Sequence record: SRR22947727_2348
Direction: 5' to 3' (one strand)
Length of the DNA: 50,321 nucleotides
The first letter of the stretch is position 1. The number at the start of each line of letters is the position of its first letter. The translations under genes and the position numbers were made by a program. The notes beneath the pieces are model-generated. The model saw only the letters and a program-made list of their open reading frames with translations. It was not told the origin of the DNA and made no database searches. Positions 48,745-50,321 of this stretch are shown in pieces.

Positions 48745-49746
48745 ATGACTAAAAAGAACAATAAGCAAATTATGCCTATAAAGAGTTCAAAAGATGAGCT
48801 TTTAAGTTTTTACAACGACATGTTACTCATTCGTAGATTTGAAGAAAAAGCAGGTCAACTATACGGAATGGGTCAAATAGCTGGATTTTGTCATTTATAC
48901 ATAGGCCAGGAAGCTGTCGTTATTGGAACACGAGCAAGCATGATTGAAGGTGATCAGATGATAACTGGCTACCGGGACCACGGGCACATGCTTGCCTGCG
49001 GTATGCAGGCCCGCGGTGTTATGGCTGAGCTGACTGGTAGAGCTGGAGGCTATTCTAGAGGAAAGGGTGGTTCTATGCATATGTTTTCAACAGAAAAACA
49101 TTTCTATGGTGGCCACGGTATAGTTGGCGCACAGGTGCCTATTGGCGCTGGCTTGGCTTTATCTAATAAATACAAAAATAATGGAAATGTTAGTTTAGCT
49201 TTTTTTGGAGATGGCGCTTCAAATCAAGGGCAAGTATATGAAGCATTCAATATGGCCAAACTATGGAGCTTACCAGTTGTTTTTGTTATTGAAAATAATC
49301 AGTATGCAATGGGTACATCTGTAATTAGGTCTTCCGCAGAAACAGAGTTACATAAACGTGGTTCTAGTTTTGAAATAAAAGGCATACAGGTTGACGGCAT
49401 GAATGTATTAGAAGTTAGAGATGCTACTAAGAAAGCCATTGAACATGCAAGAGGCGGTAAAGGGCCTATGATACTCGAGATGAAAACATATCGTTACCGC
49501 GGCCACTCAATGTCAGATCCTGCAAAATATCGAACACGAGACGAAGTTACAAAAACTCGAAGCGAAAGAGATCCAATTGATATGGTAAAAAATAGATTAA
49601 TTGAAGAAGGGTGGGCCACAGAAGATACACTTAAATCAATTGATAAAGAAATTAAGTTGATAGTTTCTGATGCAGCAGAATTTGCGCAGACATCACCAGA
49701 ACCTGATGCGTCAGAACTTTATACCGATGTCCTTCTGGATGCTTAA
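48745..49746 (+). CDS. pdhA: Pyruvate dehydrogenase E1 alpha
   Basis: GFCHLYIGQEA, GDGASNQG, YRYRGHSMSDP. Confidence 0.97.
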   Translation: MTKKNNKQIMPIKSSKDELLSFYNDMLLIRRFEEKAGQLYGMGQIAGFCHLYIGQEAVVIGTRASMIEGDQMITGYRDHGHMLACGMQARGVMAELTGRAGGYSRGKGGSMHMFSTEKHFYGGHGIVGAQVPIGAGLALSNKYKNNGNVSLAFFGDGASNQGQVYEAFNMAKLWSLPVVFVIENNQYAMGTSVIRSSAETELHKRGSSFEIKGIQVDGMNVLEVRDATKKAIEHARGGKGPMILEMKTYRYRGHSMSDPAKYRTRDEVTKTRSERDPIDMVKNRLIEEGWATEDTLKSIDKEIKLIVSDAAEFAQTSPEPDASELYTDVLLDA

Positions 49747-49782
49747 TTAAAGGTTAAACACAATTTAAAAAGGGAGAATATT

Positions 49783-50184
49783 ATGCCTATTGAACTGAAA
49801 TATTTATTATGGAGCATAGCCTTATTTTTTATAATGATTTTGGCACAATCATTATCATCAATCTTTTCAGGAAAAGCATCTTTTTCTGAATTAGTTGGCA
49901 ATAGAGACAATTTGCCTAATGATGGGCTTACCGCATTCCATGGAAGAACAAAGCGTGCGCAAGCAAACTTTGTTGAAGGTCTTATTATGTTTGCGCCTTT
50001 GGTTTTGATAACAGTTATTACTGAGAACTCCACAGAACTAACTGCGTTAGGGGCTGCTCTATTCTTTTGGGGTAGGTTAACGTTTGCTCCATGCTATTGG
50101 CTTGGCATACCTTGGATAAGAACTCTAGCATGGTTTGTGTCGATCATTGGAACTCTTATGATCTTCCTTGAGCTTATCAACTAA
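49783..50184 (+). CDS. MAPEG family membrane protein
   Basis: [27 protein letters not shown]. Confidence 0.8.
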   Translation: MPIELKYLLWSIALFFIMILAQSLSSIFSGKASFSELVGNRDNLPNDGLTAFHGRTKRAQANFVEGLIMFAPLVLITVITENSTELTALGAALFFWGRLTFAPCYWLGIPWIRTLAWFVSIIGTLMIFLELIN

Positions 50185-50321
50185 TGGCAATCGATATAAA
50201 AATGCCAGCCCTTTCTCCCACTATGGAGGAAGGGACACTTAGCAAGTGGCTAGTTAAAGAAGGTGATACTGTTACCTCAGGTGATATACTTGCTGAAATT
50301 GAAACAGATAAAGCAACTATG
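50184..50321 (+). CDS. pdhB: Lipoyl-domain N-terminus of PDH E1 beta (or E2); runs off window
   Basis: Manual translation [46 protein letters not shown]; gene order favours PdhB, but PdhC is not excluded. Confidence 0.75.
   Translation, partial: MAIDIKMPALSPTMEEGTLSKWLVKEGDTVTSGDILAEIETDKATM

Noticed and set aside
49743-50033. 96-aa minus-strand ORF
   Set aside because: Antisense to the MAPEG gene, which has an SD, family motifs and operon coupling

Overview
AT-rich, densely packed chromosomal region of an alphaproteobacterium. Gene content and order (petABC-mtnP, fabA-fabB-fabI, eno-ftsB-pdhA-pdhB with a lipoyl-bearing PdhB, a DivJ-like kinase next to DUF1491, malate synthase A) suggest a streamlined, probably marine Caulobacterales/Maricaulales-like lineage; this placement is inference. 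Most genes are housekeeping: bc1 complex, hemF, fatty-acid synthesis, gpmA, polA, glyoxylate shunt with a RamB/ScfR regulator, prfA, a TonB-dependent receptor, a GH42 beta-galactosidase, rmlCBD, PiT, MATE, an M13 peptidase, an RND pump, phoR-phoB, rpmF, eno and pdh. I saw no tRNA, rRNA, CRISPR or mobile element. The main signals are: (1) an orphan 112-aa protein resembling a tandem ribbon-helix-helix, whose upstream region has the same CtrA-like box / -10 / ATG geometry as the ftsB promoter; (2) phoR directly next to phoB without pst/phoU, with a Pho box in the gap and a PhoR lacking membrane anchors; (3) a sensor-less DivJ-like kinase with a shortened ATP lid; (4) a TTTACAAA operator array between ramB and aceB; (5) a deaminase-only RibD; (6) an orphan Rieske oxygenase coupled to gluQ.
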